Origin: Eledone cirrhosa
Lineage: Eukaryota
Direction of reading: 5' to 3'
DNA: 64,000 nucleotides
Assembly: GCA_964016885.1 (NCBI GenBank)
Contig: OZ024745.1
Span: forward strand, 84,382,001-84,446,000
Positions 52,809 to 64,000 of this stretch are shown in pieces. Position numbers and translations under genes: made by a program. The number at the start of each line of letters is the position of its first letter. The stretch's first letter is position 1. Below the pieces are notes generated by a model. The model was not told the DNA's origin. It saw nothing but the letters and a program-made list of their open reading frames with translations, and made no database searches.

Positions 52809-55800
52809 TTACACATTTATATACAGAGAAGGCCCAATCACTCGGGCCATTTTTGCCACATTCACCCACGTTTCAATAAATTTACTGGGGTGCAGTGCCT
52901 CTCTCGCCACTCTGATTCTCCTTCTAAAGTTGTATCTAAAGAAGGGAATGAGTTGTTGTCCGGAGAGAAAGGTATCTGTCCTCAGTCCTCTCAATTTCGT
53001 CCACCAAATAACCTCTTTCACCATAGCCACTATACAGAGGAAAACCGCCTCTCTTTCGTTTTTGAAAGAAGTTGACGGTGGGATCCTTACTAAGGACTCA
53101 GCAGTCAACTGGATTTGTCCCATACGCGACAGCAGTTGATCCGCGTAGTTCCACGGGTTAGTTACGCCTGGGCAGTGTACAATTGCGTGCAGGATGATTT
53201 CAATGTCCAGCGCGCATCTTGGACACATCCTCTTGGAAGGATCCCTGCCGGGGCGTCCGTGTCTGTAGATCTTGTCACGAACTGGTGTAGCTCTTCGGTA
53301 GCACTGCCAGGCCAAGGACCTCTGGAAGTTGTCCATGGATCCCGAGCGGAAACTCCTACCAAACAGACTGCTGAGTCCGTCGTCTTCGACGCCTAGAGTC
53401 TCTCCGAGCACGTCGTCGCCCTTGTGACGTACTAACCCTCTATAGAATGTCGAAGTGGAGTCTCCACTGATTGCCGTGCCCGCTTGACAGAGGACTGTGA
53501 GCGCCTGAGCGCATTCAATGTGCCAGGCACCCATCTTCTTCGGTCTTCACTTGAACCAGGACTGCAGCTCCGTCAGTGAGACAAGTTGCGGGAAGGCCTG
53601 TCTCACAAACGGTGCCCACACGGTTGAGGGTCGGTGAGGAATAACTGTAGATGCCGTAGCCTCAGCGCATGCTTGCGTATCATCAGCCACGGCATTCCCA
53701 GCCCTCCGTTGGAAGGGTGCTGACAGCAGACGGATCTTCTCACCAGTGAAGCCTGCTTCTTCCAAAGGAACTGGAAGAGCATGCGTTCCATCTTGGTGAG
53801 GTGTTCACGGCGATAAGGCACGACGGTCAAGCGGTAGTAGATGACAGACGCTATGAAAGTGTTCGCTACCTCCGCTCGCCTTTCAAGGGTAGTCTGCCCA
53901 TTTTTGGGTGAGCGCAAATACCTTGGTCGTGACCTCATTCCAGTTTTTCTCCACCTGGAGGTCTGGGCCGAACCAGACCCCGAGCAATTTCACCGGTCCA
54001 TCCGTCCAGCGTCCGACGACGCTGTCGGACGGCATCGGTTTGCCTCTCCACGTTCCGAGTTGCAAACCGACACACTTGTCCTGATTCAGTTTTGCTCCTG
54101 TGAGCCTTTCATATTCCTGCAGTAAGTTGCCGATCGCCCCGATTTCGGAGGCTTCCGACACCATTACCGTTACGACGTCGGCATAAGCCGGCGCCGCTTT
54201 CCGCAGTCTCTGTTCCAACGGAATGCCCTGCAGCAGTTCCAGATTCCGCAATAGTGGCTCTAGAGTCAGTACGTACAGAATGGAGGAGGGAGGGCATCCC
54301 TGTCGGATGGAACGCGTGATTGCGAACGGCTCCGATAGGTAGCCGTTCACCTTGATCATCGAGCAGATGTTGGTGTGCATTGCGGCGATCCAGCCTCTGA
54401 AGACGGGACCGAAACCGGCCGCCTTGAGAACCGCTTCCAAGTATCGATGGTCGACCATATCGAACGCCTTAGACTGATCTAAATTGATCAGAGCCCCACC
54501 AAAGCCGGGTTTACACCCCATCCTCTCTATGATGTTTCGCATGAGGTGGAGATTGTCGTGTATGGACCTGGTCGGGATTGCACACGTTTGCACTTTCCCT
54601 ACCATGTTCTCGACGACAAGCGCCAACCTCGTTGCCAACACCTTGGCCAAAATCTTTAACTCTGTGTTGAGCAGAATTATGGGCCTAAAGTTGCTTAGTT
54701 CGTCCCCCTTGTTCTCGTCTTTCCTGATCAGCGTTACTATGCCCCTGCCTGCAGAACTGGGAATTCTCCCGTTCTGCTGCCAGTTGCAGTAGACGACCTC
54801 GAGGACGCCGGAGAACAAGTCCGGCATGCCTATGTAAAACTCATAGGGTAGACCATCTAGACCGGGTGATTTATGTTTCCCGCAGCGGCCCAGAGCGTCC
54901 CGTATTTCAGTAGCAGTGATCGGTTTTCGCAGAACTCGGCGTCCATGCTCGAGAGACGCGGCAGGCCGTCGAGGTATGAACCGAAGTCCATTGCCCCGTT
55001 CGACGTACCGCCACTCTGCCCGAACAGTTGCGCAAAGTGCCGCTGAAAGGCCGCACACATCCGCTTGGGGTCAAGTAGCACGCGTCTATTTTGGTCTTTC
55101 AAAGACCGAATCGTGGACTTGTTGCCACTTTTTGCCTCTGTGACTCGGGCCCAGCTAACAGCTTTCGCTCCCTCGTTTCATAGAGCACGTGATTTCCTTC
55201 TAACCACTCAGCCTTCGTGTTTTGCGTCGAAGAACTGGTCCAGTGCCGTTCTCATTGCTAGCACTCTAGCTACGTTGCCACTCCTAAGCGCCTTCTCTAC
55301 CTTGGCTACTAGTTCCATTGCTGTGGTGTGTCTCTCTAAGGCTAACTCTCTGCTAAAGTCTATCGACTCTACTCTAATTGCTTTCTTGAGGGGGTGCCAC
55401 CATCTGTTGTTCACGATGGCTCCCGTCAGTTGTTGCTTAACTAATCTACTTATCCGTTCACTGTAGGCTTTACGTGTCGGTAGCGACACGTTCAGCTTCC
55501 AGTATCCGGGTCCTTGACTATGTATTCTATCATGGTTTACTATGCAGATGACTAGTTTGTGGTCTAAATAGGCAACCATGTGCATTTGTGGACAGCTTAA
55601 CATCTTCTTGTCCTTCTCTCTAATGAAAAACCTATCTAAATACGATCTAGATGTCCCGCTGAGGTTTTCCCACGTCCACTCTGGTGCAGTCGGGAAATCT
55701 AGTCGATATCTATCAGCCAGTTGGAATTGGCCGATTAGATTTTTGAGGCTGTTGCACCCCCCCCCCCCCCCCATTCTACTGGGACGTGCTCTCACATAGT

Positions 55801-56256
55801 CCCATCGTGCATCTAGGACACCATTCCAGTCCCCCACTAAAAGTAAGGAGCGAGACGTTCCCAGAAAAGATTCTAGACGCTTAAAGAAGTCTGGCCGCGA
55901 TTGCGATTGCCCGGTCGGGGCATAAACGGCCACCAATCTGAAGGCTCCACCTCCAATACTGTTCACGTCTAGGACTACCAGTCTACCCTCCGGGTCCAAG
56001 TGTACTTGCTGTACTTCGACGTCCAGGTTTTTCCGAAACATGACAGCCATTCCCCTCCACCTCCTGGCTGACAGAGAGATGCGTAGATCTCAAAATCATT
56101 GAAGATGAGGGTTAGTTGCTGCCTGTTGTGGATTCTGGACTCGGTGATGGCTATCATATCCATACCGTGTGACCTAAGGTCGCTTAAAAATTGGTCCTGT
56201 TTCCAGGTCATCCCTAGGCTACGCACATTCACGCTTCCAACTCGTAAACTAGCCAT
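52809..56256 (-). pseudogene. Element A ORF2: APE endonuclease, reverse transcriptase and C-terminal CCHC; frameshifted
   Basis: Motifs SVNVRSL, AITES, LVGDWN, SYLDRF, LDHK (APE); KSPGLDG, FRPIILLN, LDQSKAFD, IRQGCP, YADV (RT; catalytic YADD mutated); CPRC...HAIVHC. Split over several ORF-track pieces. Confidence 0.92.
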
Positions 56257-56298
56257 GTTGGTGGAGAAGAGTTGGCGAAAAAGGACGAAAAGGTGCAC

Positions 56299-58333
56299 TT
56301 ACCTTTTCGTTTCCTGGAGATCGGGTTGTTCAATCTCCATTTGGGTGCTGGAGGGGGTGTTGGGTGGGGTGGGGAAACATTTAACAGGACGCGATTGATG
56401 AGTTTCTTGCAGGGGTTGCCCACGTCCTGCGAAAATTTATTCTTCAAGTCACTGTAGGTCTCCATAGAAACCCTTATAAGTTTAAGGTGTGTAGACGATT
56501 CTGCTTTAACGAAAGTTTTGCCCTCTGTCTCCACCTTGGGGTTTTTGGAGATGACCTCCATCAAACTCTTGGTGTTTGTGTTGATGTATACGTATTGTTG
56601 TTTGTATATTGGTTGTGTTGTTGTTGTTTGTTGTTCGTTCGGGAGTTTTCTTTTTATAGTGGGTGCTTGTGTTTGGGGTGGTGTTGGTGTTGGTTTTGCT
56701 GGTAGGGGATGTTTGACTGTGGTGTTGTTTGTGTTGTTGTTTGTGTCTGTGGTTGTGTGTTGGTGTTGGTGATTGGAGTTTTGTGGGTTTTGTGGTGTCT
56801 CTTTTTTTGTTTTTTGGATTTCCGAGGCCCTCCTTCTTCACTTAAAGAAGGAGAAGCAACCTCATCTGTCGATGAATAATAATCGTCAGGAGTGTGGGGT
56901 AGGGGTATGTTGTGTGATGGTGGTGTTTCGGTATGTGTGTTTGTGATAGTGTTTGATGGAGTGGGATGGGGTGGGGCTGTGTACTTCAGGGGTGTTGTCT
57001 GTGTTTTTTCTGTTGTTGTTGGTTGAGTGGCTGTTTGTTTTGGTGTGGTTTGCTTGTTTTGTGCGTTGTTGTTGTGGTGCTGGTTATTTTGGTGTTGGTA
57101 TTGGTAACAGTGTTTTCTTTTGGATTGTTTTTGTTGAGCGTAAAGGGCAGGAGGCCTTTAGATGTGTGGTGCTATTGCAACGAAAGCAATGTAGTTTTCG
57201 TTCCTCAATCGAAATGCTTATGTGGCTGTTGTTGTCCACCAGTACTTTTTCTGGTATTTTGGAGATTCTTTCCGGGCTCATTTGCACCAGAATCTCCATA
57301 TTTGTACCAGACCACGTGTGTCTGGTTGACTTTTGATGGAGAGAATGGTGTCTTTTCTCTCCTCTAAAAATCCTGCCAATATCCAACAAATATTAATATT
57401 TGGTGGTATGTTTGTAATTCTGATTTTTTGTGTCCTTTTTCCCATGTATGTAGGGGAAAAGGTGTAGTTTTGTGACAGTATTGGCGTCACTGAGTATCTT
57501 TGTGCAAGGGCCTCGCTTTTGAGGAATACCGAAATACTCCCGTACTGTTTGGCCCTCTGCATAAAGTCAATGTTTGGCAATATCTCCTTCAAGGTTGCCT
57601 CAATTTCCCCTTGACTGAGGAATGCTGGTCGTTTTGTTTCATTTAAAACAGTTCTGACGGTAATTGTCCTTCGAAATGTTTCCAGACGAAGTTCTGGGGA
57701 TGAGTTTATTTGAAATCCACCGGTTTCACCGAAAGTGATAAACTCCTTTGCTTCAGAGAGCATCTGTTTCGCTTTGGAGATGTCGAGATCTTTTAACTCT
57801 TGTTTCTTGATGACTGTTTGCGCAAAAGTATTTTTGGTGTTGTTGTTATTGTTGTTGTTGTGGTTGTCGGTTTTTCCGTTTGTAGTTGTGTCAATGGTTT
57901 TATTTTCTGTTGTTTTTGGTGTCTGTTGTACACTGTGTGGTTCGATCTTGTTTTTATTTTATTTTTTCCATATTGGCTTCCATGGTGACGCCAATACATG
58001 CGGAGTTAGAGGTAACGTTATTATTATTTGTGACTGTTTCTGTAAAAGTTATTTTTTTGTGTTGTTGTTGCTGTTGTTGTGGTTGTCGGTTTTTCCGTTT
58101 GTAGTTGTGTCTATTGTTTTAGTTTTTGTGGTTTTTGATGCCTGTTGTAAGCTGTGTGGTCCATCTTGTAAGTTGCATTTTTCGGCTTCTTGGCAAAACA
58201 AAACTTTGTTGTCACTATTTGTCTCCATAGTGACGTCTATGTAGTCAGAAGTAGCGGTAACGTTACTCTCTGCATTTCTCTCTCTACTTTCTTCATCAGC
58301 CTTCGGTAGCGTTGCTTCTACTAAGCTAGCCAT
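56299..58333 (-). pseudogene. Element A ORF1 (gag-like nucleic-acid-binding protein), frameshifted
   Basis: Starts MASLVEAT; Thr/Asn-rich tracts; PTYMGKRTQKIRIT motif shared with element B; knuckle CFRCNSTTHLKASC (CX2CX4HX4C). Confidence 0.82.
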
Positions 58334-58778
58334 TATCGATAGCAAAAATATTAAATTTTTGAAAATTTTTCAAATAAAATTTCCGCCCCTGTGTAGCGAA
58401 AACTAAGATTACCACTCAGCTGACAATTCAGCCAGGGTGTTAATCTATCAAACAATATAAATTTTCACAATAAATTCTGTTTTTGCATAGAAAATTTTAC
58501 AAAAATTTACTGACGTCCGGTCAATAGATACATAGATAGATATGTTTCTTTATTAGCCACAGGGGCACAAAAGAAGGGGACAAATACAAATGAGGAAGTT
58601 TACATACAATAAAAACGTAAAATGTTATCACAAATGCAATTTAAAAAATTAGTCGATTTTCCCCAATAGGGGGAGACAGTTCATATGGGTAACACATACC
58701 CCCGAAAAATGTGAAACCCTCATCTCCAGGAGTACGAAGAGTTTGTACTCCTTTCCTCTCCTCCTCCTTTTCCTCAAC

Positions 58779-61700
58779 CTACGGGCTGATATAGAGAGAA
58801 GGCCCATTCACTCGGGCCATTCTCGCCACTTTCACCCACCTTTCATAAAACTTGCTGGGGTACAGCACCTCTCTCTCCATCCTGATTTTTCTTCCAGAGT
58901 GGTATTTGAAAAAAAGAATCAGTTGTTGGCCGGAGGTGTCTGACCTCAGCCCTTTCAACCTTGTCCACCATACAACCTCTTTCACCATAGCTATCATACA
59001 AAGGAAAACCGCCTCTCCTTCGTTTTTGAAGGAGGGTGGCGGTTTGATCATGGCAATGGACTCGGTAGTCAACCGGATTGGTCCCCCGCGACAATAGTCG
59101 TTCTACATAGCCCCACAGGTCAGTGACGCCCGGGCAGTGTATGAATGCGTGCGCGACGGTTTCTTCGTTACGCACGCACCTCGGACAGATCTTTTTTGCA
59201 GGGTCCCTTCCCGGGCGCCCATGTCTGTAGAGCTTGTCTCGAAGTGGTAGAGCTCCTCGGTAGCACTGCCAGGCCAGGGACTTTTGGAAGTTGTCCATCG
59301 GTCCCGGGTGGAAGGTCCTACCGAACAGACTGGCCAGTTCATCTTCCTCTACGCCTAGAGTTTCACCGAGCACGTCATCGCACTTGCTGCGGATCAACCC
59401 TCTATAGAATGACGAAGTGGAGGCTCCACTGATCGCCGAGTCCGCCTGCCAGACGGCTGTGAGCGCCTGAGCACATTCGATGTGCCAGTCGCCCATTTTC
59501 CTCGGTCTTTGCTTGACCCAGGATTGCAGCTCGGTCAGCGAGACGAGTCGTGGGAAGGCTCGCCTCACGAACGGGGCCCACACCGGTTGTCCGGTGAGGA
59601 ATACGTAGAGATGCCGCAGCCAGAGCGCGTGTTTGCGCATCGTCAACCACGGCATCACCAGCCCTCCGTTAGAAGGGTGTTGGCAGCAGATGGATCTTCT
59701 CAGCAAAGGAGCCCGCCTCTTCCAAAGGAATTGGAAGAGCGCGCGCTCCATTTTGGCGAGCGTTTTGGCTGGACAAGGCACAACGGTCAAGCGGTAGTAG
59801 ATGGCGGACGCTATAAAAGTGTTCGCCACCTCCGCTCGACCTTTCAAGGATAGTTTGCACTCGGCCCACTTCTGGGTGAGTGCAAACACCTTGGCCGTCA
59901 CTTCGTTCCAGTTCTTCTCCACCTGGAGGTCCGGACCAAACCAGACCCCGAGCAGCTTTACCGGTCCTTCCGTCCAGCATCCGACGACGCCATCGGAAGG
60001 CATCGGTTTGCCTCTCCACGATCCGAGTTGCAAACCGATGGACTTGTCTCGGTTCAGCTTCACTCCTGTGAAACTTTCGTATTCCTTAAGTAAGGTGCCG
60101 ACTTCTTCGATTTGCGAGGCGCTCGACACCATTACTATTACGTCGTCGGCGTAGGCCGACGCCGCTTTCCGCAGTCCCGGTTCCAGAGGGATGCCCAGCA
60201 ATAGGTCCAACTTCCGCAGTAGTGGCTCGACAGTCAGTACGTACAGAAGGGAGGAGAGAGGGCATCCCTGTCGAATGGATCGCGTGATATGGAACGGCTC
60301 CGAGAGGTAGCCGTTCACCTTGACCCTTGAGCAGATGTTGCTGTTGTGCATTGCAGCAATCCAGCCCCTAAACACGGGTCCGAAGCCTGCCGCCTCGAGC
60401 ACCGCATCCAGGTAACGATGGTCAACCCTATCGAAAGCCTTAGACTGATCCAAGTGGATCAGGGCCCCACCGAAGCCGGGTTTACACCCTACACTCTCTA
60501 TGATGTATCGCATGAGGTGGAGGTTGTCGTGTATGGACCTGGTCGGGATTGCGCATGTCTGCACTTCTCCCACCAGGTTCTCGACGACAAGCGCCAGCCT
60601 CTTTGCTAACACCTTGGCCAAAATCTGTAGGCCGTCGAGGTATGGACCGAAATCCATAGCCCCTCCCGGCGCGCCGCCCCGCTCGAACAGTTGAGCAAAG
60701 TGCCGCTGAAAGGCCGCACACATCTGCTTCGGCTCACGTATCACGCGTCCGTTTTGGTCCTTCAAAGATCGAATCGTGGACTTCTTGCCACTTTTTGCCT
60801 CCGTCACTCGGGCCCAGCTAACAGCTTTGGCTCCCTTGTTTCCCAGAGCACGTATTTTGCTTCTGACAACGCAGCCCTCGTGCTTTGCGTTGAAGAACTG
60901 GTCCAAGGCCGTTCTCGTTGCTAGCACGCTGGCTACGTTGCCACTTTTAATTGCCTCTTCTACTTTATCTACCAGTTCCTTCTCGGTTCTATTTCTATCT
61001 AACGCTAATTCTTTACTAAAAACTAACGAGTCTAATCTAACTGCCCTCTTGAGAGAGTACCACCATCTGTTGTTGACAATGGCCCCTGTCAAGTGCTGTT
61101 TAACTAAAGTGCTAATCCGTCTACTGTAGGCTATGCTTGTCGGTAACGACAAGTTCAGCTTCCAGTAGCCGGGTCTTGTCTATGGGTTCTATCAAGGTTG
61201 GCCATGCAGGTCACTAGTTTGTGATCTGAATAGGCAACCATGAACATTTGTGGACAGCTTAACATGTCCCTATCCTTATTTCTAACTAGAACCCTATCTA
61301 GGTACGATCTAGATGTTCCGCTGAGATTAGTCCACGTCCACAGTGGCACAGTCGGAAAATCTAGTCGATATCTATCGGCCAGGTCAAATCGGTCGATTAA
61401 CTGTTTGAGGCTGTTACACCCCCCTTTATCGGGACATGCTCCCACATAGTCCCAACGTGCATCTAGGATTCCATTCCAGTCCCCCACTAAAAGCAAGGAG
61501 CGGGACGTTCCCAGAAAAGTCTCTAGACGTTTGAAGAAGTCTGGCCGCGGTGTCCCGGATGGGGAATATGCGGCCACCAGCCTGAAGGCTCCACCTTCAC
61601 TACCGTCAACGTCTAGGACCACCAGTCGACCCTCCGGGTCCAGATGTACCGTCTGTGTTACGAGGCCCAGGTGTTTCCGTAGCAAAACGGCAACTCCGCC

Positions 61701-61900
61701 CCACCCCCCGGTTGACAGAGAGATGCGTAGATCTCAAAGTCATCGAAGATGGGGGCCAGCTGTCGCTCGCTGTGGATCCTGGACTCGCAAATGGCTACCA
61801 CATCCATACTGTGCGACCTGAGGTCGTTTAAGAGTTTGCCCTGTTTCCAGGGCATTCCCAGGCTGCGTACGTTCACACATCCAACTCTTATATTGGCCAT
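58779..61900 (-). pseudogene. Element B ORF2: APE-RT-CCHC, frameshifted and deleted
   Basis: CVNVRSL, AICES, LVGDWN, SYLDRV, YSDH; LDQSKAFDRV, IRQGCPLS, YADD; CPRC...HAFIHC. ORF-track pieces 61658-61900, 61155-61685, 58843-61152 and 58779-59072. Confidence 0.92.
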
Positions 61901-61933
61901 GTTGGTGCTGAAAAGTTAAAAGAGGAAAAGAGA

Positions 61934-63836
61934 TCACTCACCCTTCGTCTCCTGGGAACCAGGCTGCACGATTTCCATAGGGGTGTTGGAGTGGTTGTCT
62001 GGGTGGGTGGTGGTTTCCAGCGGGGTGGGGACGGAGATGTTTGGTGGGGTGGGGTCTGGTGGGATGAGGGTGTCTGAGGTGGGGAGACATTTGAGAAGGA
62101 CGCGGTTAAGTGGTTTCACGCAGGAATTCCCCACATCCTTTTCAAATTTTTCTGTTAGGGAACTATAAGTTTGTATAGGGACCCTAATCAGTTTTAGGTT
62201 CAGTTTTTTGTTATTTTTAATAGAGTGGGCGAAAGTTTTCCCTTCGGTTTTCACCGAAGGGTTGTTCGTGATGGTCTCCATTAGTGTTTTGTTTTCAGTG
62301 TTTATGTAAGTGTAAGTGTAATTTTCTTGTGTTGTGTTTGTTTTTATCTGTAGTTCTTGTGTGTGCTTTCGTTTTGTTGTAGGTATTTTGTTTTCAGGAG
62401 GTGGGGGTTTTGTTTGTGATGTTTTAGTTGTTTGTGTTGGTGGTTGTATGTTTGTGGTAGTGTTTGGTGGTTTTTTCCTTTTGTGATGTCTTTTCTTTCT
62501 TTTCGAGCGATGGGGTTCTCCCTCGTCTTCACTGGGTGATGGCAAGATAGCCTCATCTGTTGTATCGTCTGTGTGATTGGGGAGGGGTATGTCTTGGGGA
62601 GCTGTTGTGTCTGTATGTGATTTTGCAGTGATTTTAGGTGGAGTGGGGTTGGGTGGGACTGTGTTTGTTGTGGTTATTTTTGTGTGTTGGTGTTGTTGTT
62701 GTTGTGGTGGTGTTGGTGGTTGTGTTGTTTTGATGGGTATCGGCAGAAGAGCCTTTTTTTGACTCATTAATTTAGGACAGGAAGCCCTCAGGTGACCCCT
62801 GCTAAAGCAATGGTAACATGAAGGCCGCCTACCCTCAACCGAAAAGTTTATGTAGGTGAGTCCGTCCAGGAGTACCCATTATGGGATCATAGCTATTCGC
62901 TCTGGGCTCATTTGCACCAGAACTGCAACGCTAGTCCCATTGAATACATCTCTGGGGGACTTTCCTACTGACAGTATTCTGTCTTCATCAAAATTGATGA
63001 AGCCGCACAGTATCCACCATATGTTCACCTTTTGTGTGACACTCGTGATTTTAATCTTTTGTGTCCTTTTTCCCATGTATGTAGGGAAAAAGGTATACAG
63101 GTTGGATACAATTGGCGACACAGAGTAATTTTGGGCCGTCAATTGATCCTTCATGAGTACCGAAATACTCCAAAAGAGTTTGCTTCTTTGAATTTTTGAA
63201 AACCAGTCAATTTCTTTCTGTGACAATTGGACTGGTTTTCGGGTAGAATTGGAAACTGTCCTAAAAACTATCGTTTTGAGAGCAGTTTCCTGGCGAATTT
63301 CTACCGGAGAATTGATGCTGAAAGCACCATTTTTTTCGAAAGTGACATATCTCCTAGCATCCTTTAAAAGTTGTTCGGCATTTGTTATGTCGAGATATGT
63401 TAGTTCCTCCTTTTTTTTAACTGTCTGTGCAAAGGAGATTTTGGTTTCTTTGTGGAATTATCCGTGTTGGTGGTGTTGTCATTATTGTTGTTATTGTTGT
63501 TGTTATTCTTGTTGTCACTGATGTTGATATTATTCGTATTTTCCTTGGTGTTGGTGTTGTTGTTGTCTTTGATGCTGGTATTATTGGTGTTGTCTTTATT
63601 TTTTCTTTGTTGTTCTTGTCATTGTTGTTTTTATCATCATTATTTGTGTTGTTGTTGTTATTTTTGTTGTCATTGTACTGTTTGGTGTCATTTGTGTTGT
63701 TTGGATATGAATTTGTTATTACATTTTCATTTCGTCTTTCCATCTCCATAGTATCTAGGGAAGAAGACGATGTTGACTGCGAGCTATGTAGTCTTACCGA
63801 CTCTCCACCACCATTATCGTTGAACGCAGCGTTCAT
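61934..63836 (-). pseudogene. Element B ORF1 (gag-like), frameshifted
   Basis: Asn/Thr-rich N-terminus; PTYMGKRTQKIKIT; knuckle CYHCFSRGHLRASC at ~62777-62818; Pro/Thr-rich C-terminal part ending QETKGE*. Confidence 0.82.
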
Positions 63837-64000
63837 AACGTAATCAAACTTCTTACGATATTTTTTCCAAAATTCGATGAAGAAAAAATTTTTCAAACGA
63901 ATATTTCGCCCCTGTAGGGGCGAAAATGAGTTGACCCACCACCTGAAGATCCAGGCGGGGGGGGGGGTCAAGTTACACAATAATATAAAATTTAACTGAA

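Larger units (their letters stand above)
52577..58523 (-). mobile_element. Full-length but decayed Tx1/L1-clade LINE (element A)
   Basis: ORF1 with a CCHC knuckle, ORF2 with APE-RT-CCHC, 3' AATAAAAAA. Flanked by near-identical 18-bp repeats atagata(g/c)atagatagat at 52559-52576 and 58524-58541. Confidence 0.9.
58542..64000 (-). mobile_element. Second, diverged Tx1/L1-clade LINE (element B), near full length with an internal RT deletion
   Basis: Same architecture as A. The 3' end gtggctaataaagaaac is followed by TCTA repeats. The 5' UTR is homologous to that of A and reaches TCAGT at 63995-63999. Confidence 0.9.

Noticed and set aside
58340-58523. HDV-like or hammerhead ribozyme at the LINE 5' end
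   Set aside because: The AT-rich UTR offered no nested pseudoknot or CUGANGA/GAAA core that I could build by eye.
58843-61152. Active reverse transcriptase gene or bacterial retron/group II intron
   Set aside because: APE-RT-CCHC LINE architecture; frameshifted from its endonuclease and missing about 100 aa of the RT.
52720-63843. Plus-strand ORFs over the LINEs
   Set aside because: Antisense shadows of ORF1/ORF2 with no independent motifs.

Overview
AT-rich eukaryotic (animal) genomic DNA with no host protein-coding gene. SINE remnants resemble cephalopod tRNA-derived SINEs, so an Octopus-like origin is plausible but unverified. About 48 kb (1-574 and 4097-51779) is a head-to-tail satellite of ~428-430 bp (~110 monomers) with higher-order repeats. 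The key observation is that each monomer carries, on the + strand, a type I hammerhead ribozyme motif: stem I ACGTTG/CAGCGT, core CTGACGA, stem-loop II, GAAA, palindromic mini-stem III ACTAGT and a GTA cleavage triplet. Compensatory stem changes occur between monomers. The rest of the monomer is rich in hairpins and carries an octamer ATGCAAAT. It therefore looks like a very large non-LTR retrozyme / newt satellite-2-like array that could yield ~429-nt self-cleaved (possibly circular) RNAs. The array is interrupted by a 3.5-kb composite insertion containing a junction hairpin, SINE pieces and a 213-bp inverted-repeat element with a nested hAT-like MITE. After a (TA)n tract, two diverged, decayed Tx1/L1-clade LINEs lie in tandem on the - strand, both ending in (TAGA)n microsatellite. 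The short ORFs in the satellite are considered spurious.
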